Of a DNA stretch of 64,000 nucleotides, positions 42,114 to 50,957 are shown piece after piece (the stretch's first letter is position 1; each line of letters begins with the position of its first letter). A program made the translations under genes and the position numbers. The DNA lies in the NCBI GenBank assembly GCA_964404675.1, contig CAYOLB010000303.1:222-64221 (forward strand), in the 5' to 3' direction. The notes beneath the pieces were generated by a model. It saw only the letters and a list, made by a program, of their open reading frames with translations, was not told the origin of the DNA and made no database searches. This DNA is from an uncultured Atribacterota bacterium (GTDB lineage: Bacteria; Atribacterota; Phoenicimicrobiia; Phoenicimicrobiales; Stramentimicrobiaceae).

Positions 42114-42842
42114 CTAAATTGCTTTCATGTTTTTTAGAGCATTAAATGCAGCATTTTGTTCAGCCTCTTTTTTACTTTTACCAATACCATTCCCAAAAAG
42201 ATTATTTTCTACAAATACATCAACAAAGAATTCCTTTTGATGATCAAATCCTTTTTCTTTTAATATCTTGTATACTGGAAGGCAATTAAATTTTTTTTGG
42301 GAAATTTCCTGTAAAAAAGATTTATAATTTTTAATAATTGAGTCATCTATTAGAAAATCAATATTTTCATTATTGATTAGTTTTATAATTATTTCTTTGC
42401 AGGGGTTTAATCCTCCATCTAAATAAATTGCTCCAAGACATGATTCCATACAATCTGCTAAAATAGAAAATTTCCCTCTTCCTTTTACTAAATCAACACT
42501 TTTGCCAAGCACTATATATTTTTCTAACATAATACTCTTGGCTAGTTGAGCCAAAAATTTTTGGCTAATAATTGTTGATTTAAGTTTTGATAACTTTCCT
42601 TCAGGGAAAAAGGGAAATTTATTATATAAAAAGTCGCTAACTGTTAAATTTAAAACTGAGTCCCCCAAAAATTCAAGTCTTTGAAAATGATTTATATTAC
42701 TTTTTTTAACAAAATGAGAAGTGTGGGTTAGTGCTTTTTCCAATAATTTTAAATTCTTAAATTTATATCCTAATATCGTCTCAAGTTCAGTTAATTTTAT
42801 ATTATATAGCCCCCTTTTACACACCGTCATCTTAAGTAACAA
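42114..42842 (-). CDS. rnc: Ribonuclease III
   Basis: ALTHTS, the RNase III signature QRLEFLGDSVL, and a C-terminal dsRBD (GKSKKEAEQNAA). The start is uncertain: TTG 42842 or ATG 42830. Confidence 0.94.
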   Translation of the reverse strand: MLLKMTVCKRGLYNIKLTELETILGYKFKNLKLLEKALTHTSHFVKKSNINHFQRLEFLGDSVLNLTVSDFLYNKFPFFPEGKLSKLKSTIISQKFLAQLAKSIMLEKYIVLGKSVDLVKGRGKFSILADCMESCLGAIYLDGGLNPCKEIIIKLINNENIDFLIDDSIIKNYKSFLQEISQKKFNCLPVYKILKEKGFDHQKEFFVDVFVENNLFGNGIGKSKKEAEQNAAFNALKNMKAI

Positions 42843-42872
42843 AATTATAAAAAAGTAATACCAATAATATAT

Positions 42873-43103
42873 TTATTGTTTATCCTCTAAATAACGTATT
42901 ACATCACCAACAACCTTGATTTTTTCTGCTTCTTCGTCAGATATTTCAGTATCAAATTCTTCTTCAAATGCCATTATTAATTCCACAATATCTAAAGAAT
43001 CCGCACCTAAATCATCAATAAATGATGAATCTTCTTTTACTTTATCTTCCTCAACTCCAAGTTGGTCAACAATAATCTTTTTAACTTTTTCCATTATATC
43101 CAT
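42873..43103 (-). CDS. acpP: Acyl carrier protein
   Basis: 76 aa with the [20 protein letters not shown] phosphopantetheine-attachment motif. Confidence 0.96.
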   Translation of the reverse strand: MDIMEKVKKIIVDQLGVEEDKVKEDSSFIDDLGADSLDIVELIMAFEEEFDTEISDEEAEKIKVVGDVIRYLEDKQ

Positions 43104-43149
43104 TTCAATATCTCCTTAATTTTTATAATTTATTGTTTTGAAAAATATC

Positions 43150-43707
43150 TTAATTAATGGAAACCATAATTAATTTTGCTGTAAACACCTCAGTATTATC
43201 ACATCTGATATGTATTGATACCAGGTACTTGTTACTTTTTTTTATTGCTATTCTTGCTTTTGCTACTAAAAGTTGACCGGCGTAAACAGGATTTTTGTAT
43301 CTTAAACGGGCAATCCCAGTTAGAACTACATCAGAATCGATAATAGCCATAGCCAGGGAGTCAGCGAGAGAGAAAATATAATGGCTTCTTACTAATTTAT
43401 TTTTATCAAATGCCATATCTTTTGTAGTACGCATAGTAGCAATTCCACTTTCACCTAACTCAATATCAATTAAATCACCAATTATATCATTTTTATTTAA
43501 AGCTTTTACTTTTGATGAAGCTGTTTGAGCAAGTGTAATTACCCTTTTTCTCATCTCGGGTATTCCCATTTCTAATCTATCTAGCCTAATAGTTTGAATA
43601 CTTACCTTGAACATTCTAGATAATTGTTCATCCGATAAAAAGGGGTTGCTTGTTATTTTTTCTCTTATTTTTTCTTGTCTTTTCTCTTTAATCATTTTGC
43701 TTGTCAT
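43150..43707 (-). CDS. fapR: Fatty acid/phospholipid biosynthesis regulator FapR
   Basis: 185 aa. Aligns by eye along its length with B. subtilis FapR (R.E.I...I..NPF.SDE.L...F.VSIQTIRLDR.E..IPE.R.R) plus a hot-dog domain. Confidence 0.88.
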   Translation of the reverse strand: MTSKMIKEKRQEKIREKITSNPFLSDEQLSRMFKVSIQTIRLDRLEMGIPEMRKRVITLAQTASSKVKALNKNDIIGDLIDIELGESGIATMRTTKDMAFDKNKLVRSHYIFSLADSLAMAIIDSDVVLTGIARLRYKNPVYAGQLLVAKARIAIKKSNKYLVSIHIRCDNTEVFTAKLIMVSIN

Positions 43708-43758
43708 TGTTAATACTATTTATCTATATTATTAAGAGCACCTATTAAAAGTTGTTTT

Positions 43759-43801
43759 TACTATTAACTGCTAGTATATATAATATAAGTGATTAAATCA
43801 A
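43759..43801 (-). promoter_or_regulatory. fapR promoter (TTGATT-N17-TATACT) with an overlapping inverted repeat TACTA-N8-TAGTA
   Basis: The minus strand reads TTGATT (43801-43796), a 17-nt spacer, TATACT (43778-43773). The IR at 43759-43776 starts inside the -10. Its arms are in the opposite arrangement to the TTAGTA..TACTAA FapR box as I remember it. Confidence 0.45.
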
Positions 43802-43847
43802 GTATCACATTTATAATATTCATAAAAAATAATACAAAAATTCAGAA

Positions 43848-43901
43848 TTAAAAAATTAAAAAATTTACAGAGTACCAAAGCATTATTTGGCACTCTGTAA
43901 A
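43848..43901 (-). terminator. Rho-independent terminator after rpmF
   Basis: 16-bp stem (43864-43879 with 43886-43901) and a 6-nt loop. The single non-Watson-Crick position is a G-U wobble only in minus-strand RNA. It is followed on the minus strand by UUUUUUAAUUUUUU. Confidence 0.82.
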
Positions 43902-43958
43902 ATAATGACGATATGCGTGATTAAAATAATATTTATATTATACCCAGCAGCTAACTTA

Positions 43959-44156
43959 TTATGATTTTGCTTCAGAAACAGTTTTTTCTTGAATTATTTT
44001 TTCTCCATTATAATAACCACAAGATGGGCAAACATGATGTGGAAGTTTGTACTCATGGCATCTTGGACATTCTATTATGTTAATTGACTTTTCTACCCAG
44101 TGAGTTCTCCTCTTATTTTTTCTGGATTTTGATATTTTTCTTTTAGGGCAAGCCAC
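43959..44156 (-). CDS. rpmF: 50S ribosomal protein L32
   Basis: 65 aa. MACPKRKISKSRKNKRR.HW and a Cys4 zinc ribbon. GTG start with GGAGG upstream. Confidence 0.95.
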   Translation of the reverse strand: MACPKRKISKSRKNKRRTHWVEKSINIIECPRCHEYKLPHHVCPSCGYYNGEKIIQEKTVSEAKS

Positions 44157-44247
44157 TATTTTCCCCTCCTTCTAGACCATTTTTAGTTCGTTTTTTAATA
44201 ACATTAAATGATTATATTAAATTTTTAGAATATTTGCAAATATATAT

Positions 44248-45249
44248 TTACATTCCCTGGGCTTGCAATGCTGTGATAGCAACTACATCAGCTATTTCTT
44301 TTGCTGTGCATCCTCTAGATAAATCATTTACTGGTTTTCTCATTCCCTGTGAAATGGGACCTATTGCCTCAGCTTTAGCCAACCTCTGTACTAATTTATA
44401 AGCAATATTAGCTGCTTGTAAATCCGGGAATATAAGTACATTTGCTTTCCCGGCAATTTTACTTCCAGGAGCTTTTCTTTCTCCTATTTCAGGAATGAGG
44501 GCTGCATCTGCCTGAAGTTCCCCATCTATCTTTAAATATGGGGCTTTCTCTCTTACAATATTAGTCGCTTTGACAACCTTGTCAACGAGTGGATGTTTGG
44601 CACTTCCCTTGGTTGAAAATGACAACATGGCTACTTTTGGTTCTGTACCTATCAGAACTTTTGCAGTGTTGGCACTAGCAATTGCAATATCGGCCAATTC
44701 TTCAGCATTAGGATCCGGAAACAAGGCACAATCAGCAAACAAAATCGCCCCATTCTCTCCATATGAGCAATCTGGCACAATCAGAATAAATGAGCTTGAT
44801 ACAATTTTTACATCACTGGAGGTCTTAATAGTTTGCAATGCAGGTCTAAAAACATCCCCAGTAGCATTAATTGAACCTGCTACTAAGCCATCTGCATCAT
44901 TTTGATAAACCATTAATGCTCCAAAATAAAGTGGGTTTTTCAATAATTCCCTTGCTTCATCTGGGGATATTCCTTTATTTTTTCTTAAATCAAAATATAT
45001 TTTTGCATAATTATCCAGATTATCAGAGGATTCTGGATCAATAATTACAATATCTTCAGGGAACCTAATATTGCCTTTTTCAGCTTCTTGTTTGATTTTT
45101 TCTTCTTTCCCCAAAAAAATAAGCTTTGCAAATCCATCATGATAAATCATTTGTGCAGCCTCAATCATCCTTGGTTCTTCTCCCTCAGGTAAAACAATTG
45201 TTTTAATATCCTTTTTCGCCTTTTGCCTAATGTTATTAGAAATATTCAT
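44248..45249 (-). CDS. pta: Phosphate acetyltransferase (short class I Pta)
   Basis: 333 aa. [68 protein letters not shown]. Confidence 0.92.
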   Translation of the reverse strand: MNISNNIRQKAKKDIKTIVLPEGEEPRMIEAAQMIYHDGFAKLIFLGKEEKIKQEAEKGNIRFPEDIVIIDPESSDNLDNYAKIYFDLRKNKGISPDEARELLKNPLYFGALMVYQNDADGLVAGSINATGDVFRPALQTIKTSSDVKIVSSSFILIVPDCSYGENGAILFADCALFPDPNAEELADIAIASANTAKVLIGTEPKVAMLSFSTKGSAKHPLVDKVVKATNIVREKAPYLKIDGELQADAALIPEIGERKAPGSKIAGKANVLIFPDLQAANIAYKLVQRLAKAEAIGPISQGMRKPVNDLSRGCTAKEIADVVAITALQAQGM

Positions 45250-45344
45250 AACAGTTTAATAGTCCTCCTAAATAATTGTCTTAATAATTTATAAATGATA
45301 TTATAAAATTATAACATAAAAATAATCAATTATCGAGGAGAAAC

Positions 45345-46649
45345 GTGGAAATACTTGGAATAATTGCTGAATACAACCCTTTTCATAATGGACATTTATA
45401 TCATTTACAGAAAGCCAAAGAATTAACTGGAGCCAAATATTGTGTTGCTGTAATGGGAGGACATTTTTTACAAAGAGGTGAGCCAGCATTTATGAATAAG
45501 TGGACTCGTACTATGATGGCTTTAGATGCTGGGATTGATATTGTTATTGAAATGCCATTTATTTTTTCAAGTCAGGATGCTCGAGGATTTGCAAAAGCAG
45601 GAATTAAGATTTTGAATTCATTAGGTATTATAGATTATATTGCTTTTGGATGTGAGAACGACCAAATGGAGATTTTGAATTATCTTGCAGAAATATTAAG
45701 AAATGAGCCAGATTTTTACAAAAAAATTCTAAAAGAAGAAATAAAGAATGGGATTAGTTTTCCAAAAACAAGAGAAAGAGCATTAGTGCAATATTATCAA
45801 AAATATGGAAATAATTATAATGTAAATACATTAAATAATATTAAAAAAGTACTTCGTCAACCAAACAATATTCTAGCGTTGGAATATTTAATATCTTTAA
45901 AAAATATAAATAGTTCCATTACACCAGTTGCGATAAAGAGAGTTGGTTCAAATTATTTGCAGGAAAAGCTAGGTGGACAATTTTCAAGTGCTACTGCAAT
46001 AAGAAAAACTATACTTAAGAACTTTGCGAAAAATCAAAAGAATCTTTTAAAGGGAGTGGAAAATACTTTGCCTGTTTTTTCATATAATCTTATTTTAAAT
46101 GAACTGAAAAAGGGGTTAAACCCTATTACGATATCCTCTTTTGAACAGGCAATATTTAGCCAACTAAGAAGAATGCCAGTTAATGAAATAAAGATGATTC
46201 ACGGTGTTCAGGAAGGATTAGAAAATAGACTAAAAGATGGGGTTAGTTCATCCTTTAATGTTGAAACACTTATTCAAGAAGTAAAAACTAAGCGCTATAC
46301 CCAGACCAGAATACAGAGAATATTAATTCATAGTTTATTTTATTTAACTCATAAAGAAACCGAAATATTCAACCAAACAGGTCCTCTTTATTGTCGTATT
46401 CTGGGAATGACTGAAAATGGTAAGTTGATATTAAAAAAATTAAAGAAACGTTCAAAATTACCTGTTATTATTAAATTGAGAAATTTTCTGAGAAAAATTC
46501 AAGACAATGAAAACGATGTGATTCAAAAAATGTTAAATTATGATATTCTTTCAACAGATATTTATGTATTAGGATATAATTTTGATATTTCTAGAATTGC
46601 AGGTCAGGATTTTACCAACAATATCATCATTTTAAACAAATATAACTAA
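45345..46649 (+). CDS. tmcAL: tRNA(Met) cytidine acetate ligase (YlbM/UPF0348 nucleotidyltransferase)
   Basis: 434 aa. GIIAEYNPFHNGHLYHL N-terminus. GTG start with GAGGAG 4 nt upstream. One of only two plus-strand genes. Confidence 0.85.
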   Translation: MEILGIIAEYNPFHNGHLYHLQKAKELTGAKYCVAVMGGHFLQRGEPAFMNKWTRTMMALDAGIDIVIEMPFIFSSQDARGFAKAGIKILNSLGIIDYIAFGCENDQMEILNYLAEILRNEPDFYKKILKEEIKNGISFPKTRERALVQYYQKYGNNYNVNTLNNIKKVLRQPNNILALEYLISLKNINSSITPVAIKRVGSNYLQEKLGGQFSSATAIRKTILKNFAKNQKNLLKGVENTLPVFSYNLILNELKKGLNPITISSFEQAIFSQLRRMPVNEIKMIHGVQEGLENRLKDGVSSSFNVETLIQEVKTKRYTQTRIQRILIHSLFYLTHKETEIFNQTGPLYCRILGMTENGKLILKKLKKRSKLPVIIKLRNFLRKIQDNENDVIQKMLNYDILSTDIYVLGYNFDISRIAGQDFTNNIIILNKYN

Positions 46650-47131
46650 TAATTTTTACTAAATTTCTTCTTTAATTGTTTGGCAACATAAGCAGGCACT
46701 AAATCTGAAATACATCCATTTAATGATGATATTTCTTTGACTATACTGGAATTTAAATATGAGTATTTTGTACTTGTTACCATAAAAATTGTTTCTATTT
46801 CAGGGGCCATTTTTTTATTAATTAGAGCAAACTGAGATTCATATTCAAAATCAGAAATAGCCCTCATACCTCTTAGAATAACATTTGCCTTATTTGACCT
46901 TACGCAATCAATCAACAAACCATCGAAAGATTGCACTTCAATCCCCTCTATATTTTTCACAACTTTATTAATCATATCTTTCTTTTCTTCTATTGAGAAA
47001 AAAGATTTTTTCTTTGAATTTTCTGCTATAACTACAATTACTTTGTCAAATATATTGATAGCCCTTTTGATAATATCAAGATGACCATTGGTAATGGGGT
47101 CAAAACTTCCTGGATATATAGCTTTTATCAT
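46646..47131 (-). CDS. coaD: Phosphopantetheine adenylyltransferase
   Basis: 161 aa. IYPGSFDPITNGHLDII, RGMRAISDFEYE. Confidence 0.96.
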   Translation of the reverse strand: MIKAIYPGSFDPITNGHLDIIKRAINIFDKVIVVIAENSKKKSFFSIEEKKDMINKVVKNIEGIEVQSFDGLLIDCVRSNKANVILRGMRAISDFEYESQFALINKKMAPEIETIFMVTSTKYSYLNSSIVKEISSLNGCISDLVPAYVAKQLKKKFSKNY

Positions 47132-47157
47132 TCATTTCTCCTTTATATAATAGTATT

Positions 47158-47712
47158 TTAATTATTAAAGCTAAAAATAGTTAATTTCGTTTTTCCATAA
47201 TTTTTTTCTTTTAGAAATGATAAATATCGATATTTTGCTTGTACTTCTTCATTAGTTTTGTGTTGTACTACAACTATGGAGTTCTCCTTCAAAATATAAC
47301 TTTTTTCTATTTCATACAATACTTTTTTAGAAATATTCTTGTAGTAAGGTGGATCCAAAAATATTATATCAAATTTTCTATCTTGAGACTTCAATATTTT
47401 TAATGAATATAAATAATCTCTTTTTATAATATCTGAAAAGTTATCATGGTTTATTTTTTCTAGGTTTGCCTTAATTATATTTATTGCATTTTGTTCAATT
47501 TCTACAAAGGTTATTCTTTTAGCTCCCCTGCTAATAGCCTCTATCCCCATTGCACCGGTCCCGGCAAATAAATCTAAAAAATCAGATTCAATTATTTTCA
47601 CACTTAATATATCAAATACTGCCTCTCTGACTTTTGCTGGAGTTGGTCTGATATCTCTTCCAGCAAATGATTTTAAGGAAAAACCTTTATATAATCCTGC
47701 GATAATTCTCAT
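47158..47712 (-). CDS. rsmD: 16S rRNA (guanine966-N2)-methyltransferase
   Basis: 184 aa. MRIIAG..KG, RPT..KVREAVFDIL, DLFAGTG, FLDPPY. Confidence 0.92.
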   Translation of the reverse strand: MRIIAGLYKGFSLKSFAGRDIRPTPAKVREAVFDILSVKIIESDFLDLFAGTGAMGIEAISRGAKRITFVEIEQNAINIIKANLEKINHDNFSDIIKRDYLYSLKILKSQDRKFDIIFLDPPYYKNISKKVLYEIEKSYILKENSIVVVQHKTNEEVQAKYRYLSFLKEKNYGKTKLTIFSFNN

Positions 47713-47789
47713 CGTAAATATTATCCTTTTATAGTTTTTCTAATTTTACAGCAATTTATTTTAAATATTTATAAATTATTTTTCATTAC

Positions 47790-47819
47790 TTGATTATTGC
47801 TACTAAATTATGATAAAAT
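47790..47819 (+). promoter_or_regulatory. Promoter for rpmB (TTGATT-N18-TAAAAT with TG extension)
   Basis: TTGATT 47790-47795, an 18-nt spacer ending TGA, TAAAAT 47814-47819. It lies about 45 nt upstream of the rpmB ATG. Confidence 0.4.
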
Positions 47820-47863
47820 AAACTTTGTAATTTTTCAAGAAATATAAATTGGAGGAACTAATC

Positions 47864-48052
47864 ATGGCAAAATGTGAAATTTGTGGGAAAGCTCCGATAT
47901 TCGGTAAGCAAATTAGCCATTCACATAAATTAAGTAATAGAAAATGGTCTGTAAACATCCAAAAAGTTAGAATTAAAGTAAATAATTCAGTTCGTAAAGT
48001 AAATGTTTGTACTAAGTGCCTTAAATCTGGCAGAGTACAAAAAGCTGTCTAA
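47864..48052 (+). CDS. rpmB: 50S ribosomal protein L28
   Basis: 62 aa. MAKCEICGK.P.FG..ISHSH....R.W..N.Q. ATG 47864 is preceded by GGAGG (47851-47855). The track's TTG at 47849 lies inside the SD region. Confidence 0.94.
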   Translation: MAKCEICGKAPIFGKQISHSHKLSNRKWSVNIQKVRIKVNNSVRKVNVCTKCLKSGRVQKAV

Positions 48053-48124
48053 AATTACTTTTATATTAATTTTAAAATATTAGAATAAATTTAAATATAT
48101 TGCATCTTAATGTCTTTAAGATTA

Positions 48125-48982
48125 TCAGATTTTATCTGATAATCTTTTTATTTTATTTATAACCTTTTCAGTAATATAATCTGGGGTAGATGCCCCACTT
48201 GTTACCCCTACTTTTTCTGTTCCCTTAAACCATTCTTTTCTAATCTCTTTTTCGCTTTCGATATGGTATGTCTTTACACCTTCTCTTCTACTCAACTGAG
48301 CTAGACGTGTTGTGTTTGCACTATTTAGTCCACCAACCACAATCATTAAATCTACCTTTGTAGCTAATTCTCTTGTAGATTTTTGCCTTAGACTGGTTGC
48401 TTTGCAGATGGTGTTAAAAACCCTTAATTCATCTACATTTTCAATAATTTTTTCAATTATTCTTTTAAATTCATTTGTATCTTTAGTAGTTTGAGATATT
48501 ATACCAACTTTATAGTTGTATCTAAAAGAAGAATTTTTAACATCATTATAAGATTGAAAAACTTTTACATTAGTATCAATATAACTTAATAGACTTTTTA
48601 TTTCAGGATGGCTACGATCACCAAAAATTATTATTTGGTAATTTTCTTTATTTAGTAAAGAGGCTATTTGATGTAATTTCTTTACATATGGACAAGTAGT
48701 GTCAATTAATCTAATACTATTTTGTTGGGCAATTTCTATTTCATAAGAAGCTATCCCATGTGCTCTGGTAATAAGATATTTGTTCGAAGGGACTTGCGAA
48801 ACTTCATCAACTATACTAATACCTTTTTTTTTAAATTCTTTTATAACTTGCGGGTTATGGATTATCTCACCAAGCATATATATTTCTTCGCTATTTATTT
48901 CCTTGATTAACTTATTTGCCTTATTAATTGCTCTTTTTACCCCAAAGCAAAATCCAGTGTTTTTAGCTTTAAGTATTTCCAA
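48125..48982 (-). CDS. ispH: 4-hydroxy-3-methylbut-2-enyl diphosphate reductase
   Basis: 285 aa. GFCFGVKRAI, TCPYV.K.H, NSANT.RL. TTG start overlapping the end of cmk by 14 nt. Confidence 0.95.
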   Translation of the reverse strand: MEILKAKNTGFCFGVKRAINKANKLIKEINSEEIYMLGEIIHNPQVIKEFKKKGISIVDEVSQVPSNKYLITRAHGIASYEIEIAQQNSIRLIDTTCPYVKKLHQIASLLNKENYQIIIFGDRSHPEIKSLLSYIDTNVKVFQSYNDVKNSSFRYNYKVGIISQTTKDTNEFKRIIEKIIENVDELRVFNTICKATSLRQKSTRELATKVDLMIVVGGLNSANTTRLAQLSRREGVKTYHIESEKEIRKEWFKGTEKVGVTSGASTPDYITEKVINKIKRLSDKI

Positions 48983-49682
48983 ATTCCCTTTTCTCCTTTT
49001 TGCGTATAATACTTAATATTATTTCTATAACTTTTTTAATAGTTTTATTTGAAGTATCTATAACAATAGCATCTTTTGGAATGCTTAAAGGTGCAACTGA
49101 TCTTTTGCTATCAAGATTATCACGTCTAATAATTGCTGTTTTTACCTCCTCTAAAGTCACGTGGTATCCCTTTTTTTGTAATTCTTTAAATCTTCTTAAG
49201 GCCCTAGTTTGCTCATTAGCAACAAGGAATATTTTTAAATCAGCATTTGGCAATATCACTGAGCCAATATCCCTACCTTCCATAACTACTGATTTTTTTT
49301 TAGCCATCAAACGTTGTAGGGGTATCATATTATTACGTACTGAGGGATGTCTAGCCACAAAAGATACATGTTCATCTATTTCAGGACTATGTATTTCCCC
49401 CAAAATATTGCTATTTTCTATAAACATTAACTCTAAACTCTCTTGATATTTTTTGTTCTTCATGAATTTATCAGCAATTTTCTTGGATAAATAATTCATA
49501 TCTTCTGAATTATGAATATTTATCTTCTCTTTTAAGGCATGATATGTCACATAGCGATAAATATCACCGGTATTTATGTAATGATAACCAATAGCTAGAG
49601 CAATTTTTTTAGCAATAGTACTTTTACCAGCTCCGGCAGGCCCGTCTATTGTAATAACAAGTCCCTCATTTTGATATGACAA
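48969..49682 (-). CDS. cmk: Cytidylate kinase
   Basis: 237 aa. ITIDGPAGAGKSTIAK, GRDIGSVILP, R..RR. TTG start. Confidence 0.94.
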   Translation of the reverse strand: MSYQNEGLVITIDGPAGAGKSTIAKKIALAIGYHYINTGDIYRYVTYHALKEKINIHNSEDMNYLSKKIADKFMKNKKYQESLELMFIENSNILGEIHSPEIDEHVSFVARHPSVRNNMIPLQRLMAKKKSVVMEGRDIGSVILPNADLKIFLVANEQTRALRRFKELQKKGYHVTLEEVKTAIIRRDNLDSKRSVAPLSIPKDAIVIDTSNKTIKKVIEIILSIIRKKEKREFGNT

Positions 49683-49696
49683 AAAATCACCTGATT

Positions 49697-50419
49697 TTAT
49701 GATATATTTTTTAAATTTTCCTCTTCTATATTGGACAGATGTCTATAATTACCACTTTTTAAATTTCCCAATGCAATGGGACCAATCCTAATTCTTTTTA
49801 ATTTTAGTACTTGAATGTTAAAAAATGAGAACATTCTTCGTATTTGCCTTTTTTTCCCTTCGCTTATTGTAACTTCTAATGTTGAAGTTTTTTTATGTTT
49901 CTTTAAAACAAATGCTCTGCATGGACTAGTAATAAAATTTGTAGATATAGGAATCCCATTTTTCAATTTTGTTAATTCATAATTATTTATAAAACCTTTT
50001 ATCTTAACTATATATACTTTCTCTATCTTTTTACTGGGATGAGTCATTCTGTAAATTAGCTCACCATCATTTGTTAATAACACTAATCCTTCAGAAAGAT
50101 AATCAAGACGACCAGCATAATTAACTTTTGTATCAATTTTTCCAATCAAATCATAAATAGTTGGCCTGTTAAAAGGATCATTTTTAGTGCAAAGATAACC
50201 AATTGGCTTGTTAAGCATTAAATACACTCTTTTAGTTGTTTGATTAATACTTTTATTATCAACTTCTACAACATCTTTCGAAGGATTAATACAAGTTCCT
50301 AATTTGGTTACAGTGAAGTCATTTACTTTTACTCTACCATCAATTATTAATTTCTCACATTGCCTTCTTGAATTAATCCCCTGTTGAGCTAAATATTTTT
50401 GTAATCTGACTTTTTTCAT
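49697..50419 (-). CDS. rluB: Pseudouridine synthase, RluB/RsuA family
   Basis: 240 aa. S4 domain (RLQKYLAQQGINSRR.CEKLI..GRV.VN) and the catalytic GRLDYLSEGLVLLTNDGEL. Confidence 0.9.
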   Translation of the reverse strand: MKKVRLQKYLAQQGINSRRQCEKLIIDGRVKVNDFTVTKLGTCINPSKDVVEVDNKSINQTTKRVYLMLNKPIGYLCTKNDPFNRPTIYDLIGKIDTKVNYAGRLDYLSEGLVLLTNDGELIYRMTHPSKKIEKVYIVKIKGFINNYELTKLKNGIPISTNFITSPCRAFVLKKHKKTSTLEVTISEGKKRQIRRMFSFFNIQVLKLKRIRIGPIALGNLKSGNYRHLSNIEEENLKNIS

Positions 50420-50957
50420 TATTGAATCCTAACTGGTCAATCGGTGGTAGGTCTGTTATACTTTTTAATCCAAAATGTAATAAAAAATTTTCCGTAACTC
50501 GATATAATAAAGGATTTCCAGGAACTTTTTTCTTCCCAGAAATTCTTATGAAGCTATTTTTTAAAAGGTTTAATAATAGGCTACTACAATTTACACCCCT
50601 TATCTTTTCAATTTCCATTCTTGTTATAGGCTGATTATAGGCAATAATAGCCAGGGTTTCTATTGCAGCTTTTGATAAAACATACCTCTTTTCATTATTA
50701 TAAATTTTTTTAATCCATTCTGCATATTCGGGTTTTGTAGCAAAAGAGAATCCCTTTGCAACCTCTTGTATAAAAAATGGACGATCGTTTTGATCATATT
50801 CTGATTGCAGATTTTCAATTATTTCTTTTATTTCTTTTTTTTCTTTTCCAATAATATTTTTTATCTCTTTAATTGATAATGGTTTATGTGATATAAATAA
50901 CATTACTTCAACTATTCTTTTCCAATTATTTATAGATGAATTTTCTTTGTTGCTAAT
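50373..50957 (-). CDS. scpB: Segregation and condensation protein B, probable ATT start
   Basis: Winged-helix ScpB (IAYNQPITRMEIEKIRGV). The in-frame sequence upstream of ATG 50903 encodes NNWKRIVEV-MLFISHKPLS, matching the B. subtilis ScpB N-terminus VNWKAIVEALLYAAG. The in-frame TAA is at 50963-50961, and the only near-cognate start is ATT 50957-50955. The gene overlaps scpA by 28 nt and rluB by 47 nt. Confidence 0.88.
   Translation of the reverse strand: MSNKENSSINNWKRIVEVMLFISHKPLSIKEIKNIIGKEKKEIKEIIENLQSEYDQNDRPFFIQEVAKGFSFATKPEYAEWIKKIYNNEKRYVLSKAAIETLAIIAYNQPITRMEIEKIRGVNCSSLLLNLLKNSFIRISGKKKVPGNPLLYRVTENFLLHFGLKSITDLPPIDQLGFNNEKSQITKIFSSTGD

Noticed and set aside
44230-44243. Perfect 14-bp palindrome ATATTTGCAAATAT just downstream of pta, and a similar AAATTGcCAATTT at 14471-14483
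   Set aside because: Short AT-rich palindromes are expected by chance at this composition. I could not link them to a known operator consensus or find further copies.
45301-45489. 62-aa minus-strand ORF overlapping the tmcAL start region
   Set aside because: It overlaps the conserved GIIAEYNPFHNGH N-terminus of tmcAL on the opposite strand, and it has no RBS and no recognisable domain.
48104-48122. Hairpin ATCTTAA-TGTCT-TTAAGAT between convergent rpmB and ispH as a bidirectional terminator
   Set aside because: It is a 7-bp all-weak stem with only one G-C pair and no flanking T/A runs. It cannot be distinguished from chance in this AT-rich spacer.
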